Part shown: positions 63,665-64,000 of the stretch, piece by piece
How the letters are laid out: each line of letters starts with the position of its first letter
Position numbering within the stretch: position 1 is the stretch's first letter
Position numbers and translations under genes: made by a program
Assembly: GCF_000181795.1 (NCBI RefSeq)
Contig: NW_003526944.1
Coordinates: forward strand, 5,417,816 to 5,481,815
DNA: 64,000 nt
Direction of reading: 5' to 3'
Source of the DNA: Trichinella spiralis
Taxonomy: Eukaryota
The notes under the pieces: model-generated
The model's input: only the letters and a program-made list of their open reading frames with translations
Told to the model about the DNA's origin: nothing
The model's database searches: none

Positions 63665-64000
63665 GTAATAAATAAATAAATATATATAATATATACATGA
63701 ATATTGACATGCATTTTTATATGCATGCACAGATTTAGTGTGCACAGATTTACTGTGCATTTGATTGAAATAATTTTTAGAATGGTCGACATGCACTGAT
63801 CAGTTATGCTCAGTGGGTGAACGAATCGATCGATTGTTATCTTTATCCCAAAGGTTTGGTTAAGTAAGCTTTTGAAAAAGTGATTATAGTAAACGCATAA
63901 TTCATACATATAATTGTTATTAAGTTGTAGTTAGATGTGATTTATTATTAGTAGTAGTAGTAACAGTATACAGTAGTGACAGTTTTACTGCTGATTTGCT

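Overview
AT-rich eukaryotic genomic DNA with short GT-AG introns and two 10-N scaffold gaps. Gene content and style best fit a clade I nematode such as Trichinella; this is inference, not verified. From about 11.9 kb onward the window is a compact gene neighbourhood: crooked-neck/CRNKL1 (-), an orphan Ser/Pro-rich 4-exon gene (+), a BEL/Pao retroelement remnant, a DnaJ protein (-), a KIAA2013 homolog (-), a transmembrane MACIT collagen (col-99-like, +), Sar1 (-), Pur-alpha (+), an intron-retaining JMJD6/psr-1 pseudogene (-), RpL32 (-), eIF3m (+), a small orphan ORF (-), PTK7/off-track (+) and MTA1-like (+, 3' end unresolved). The first ~11.5 kb has no intact protein gene and carries the most interesting signal. 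It holds a degenerate tandem array of at least five minus-strand, ~140-180 nt structured RNA-like units. Each unit has a conserved 5' hairpin, a TATA-like box at exactly -30..-23, a divergent 3' hairpin domain and a T-run end. Four of the five also have a second stem maintained by compensatory and G-U changes. A second recurrent hairpin/Sm-site/hairpin module is interleaved with them. I do not recognise either module as a known RNA family. Exon boundaries and RNA folds were read by eye and are approximate.
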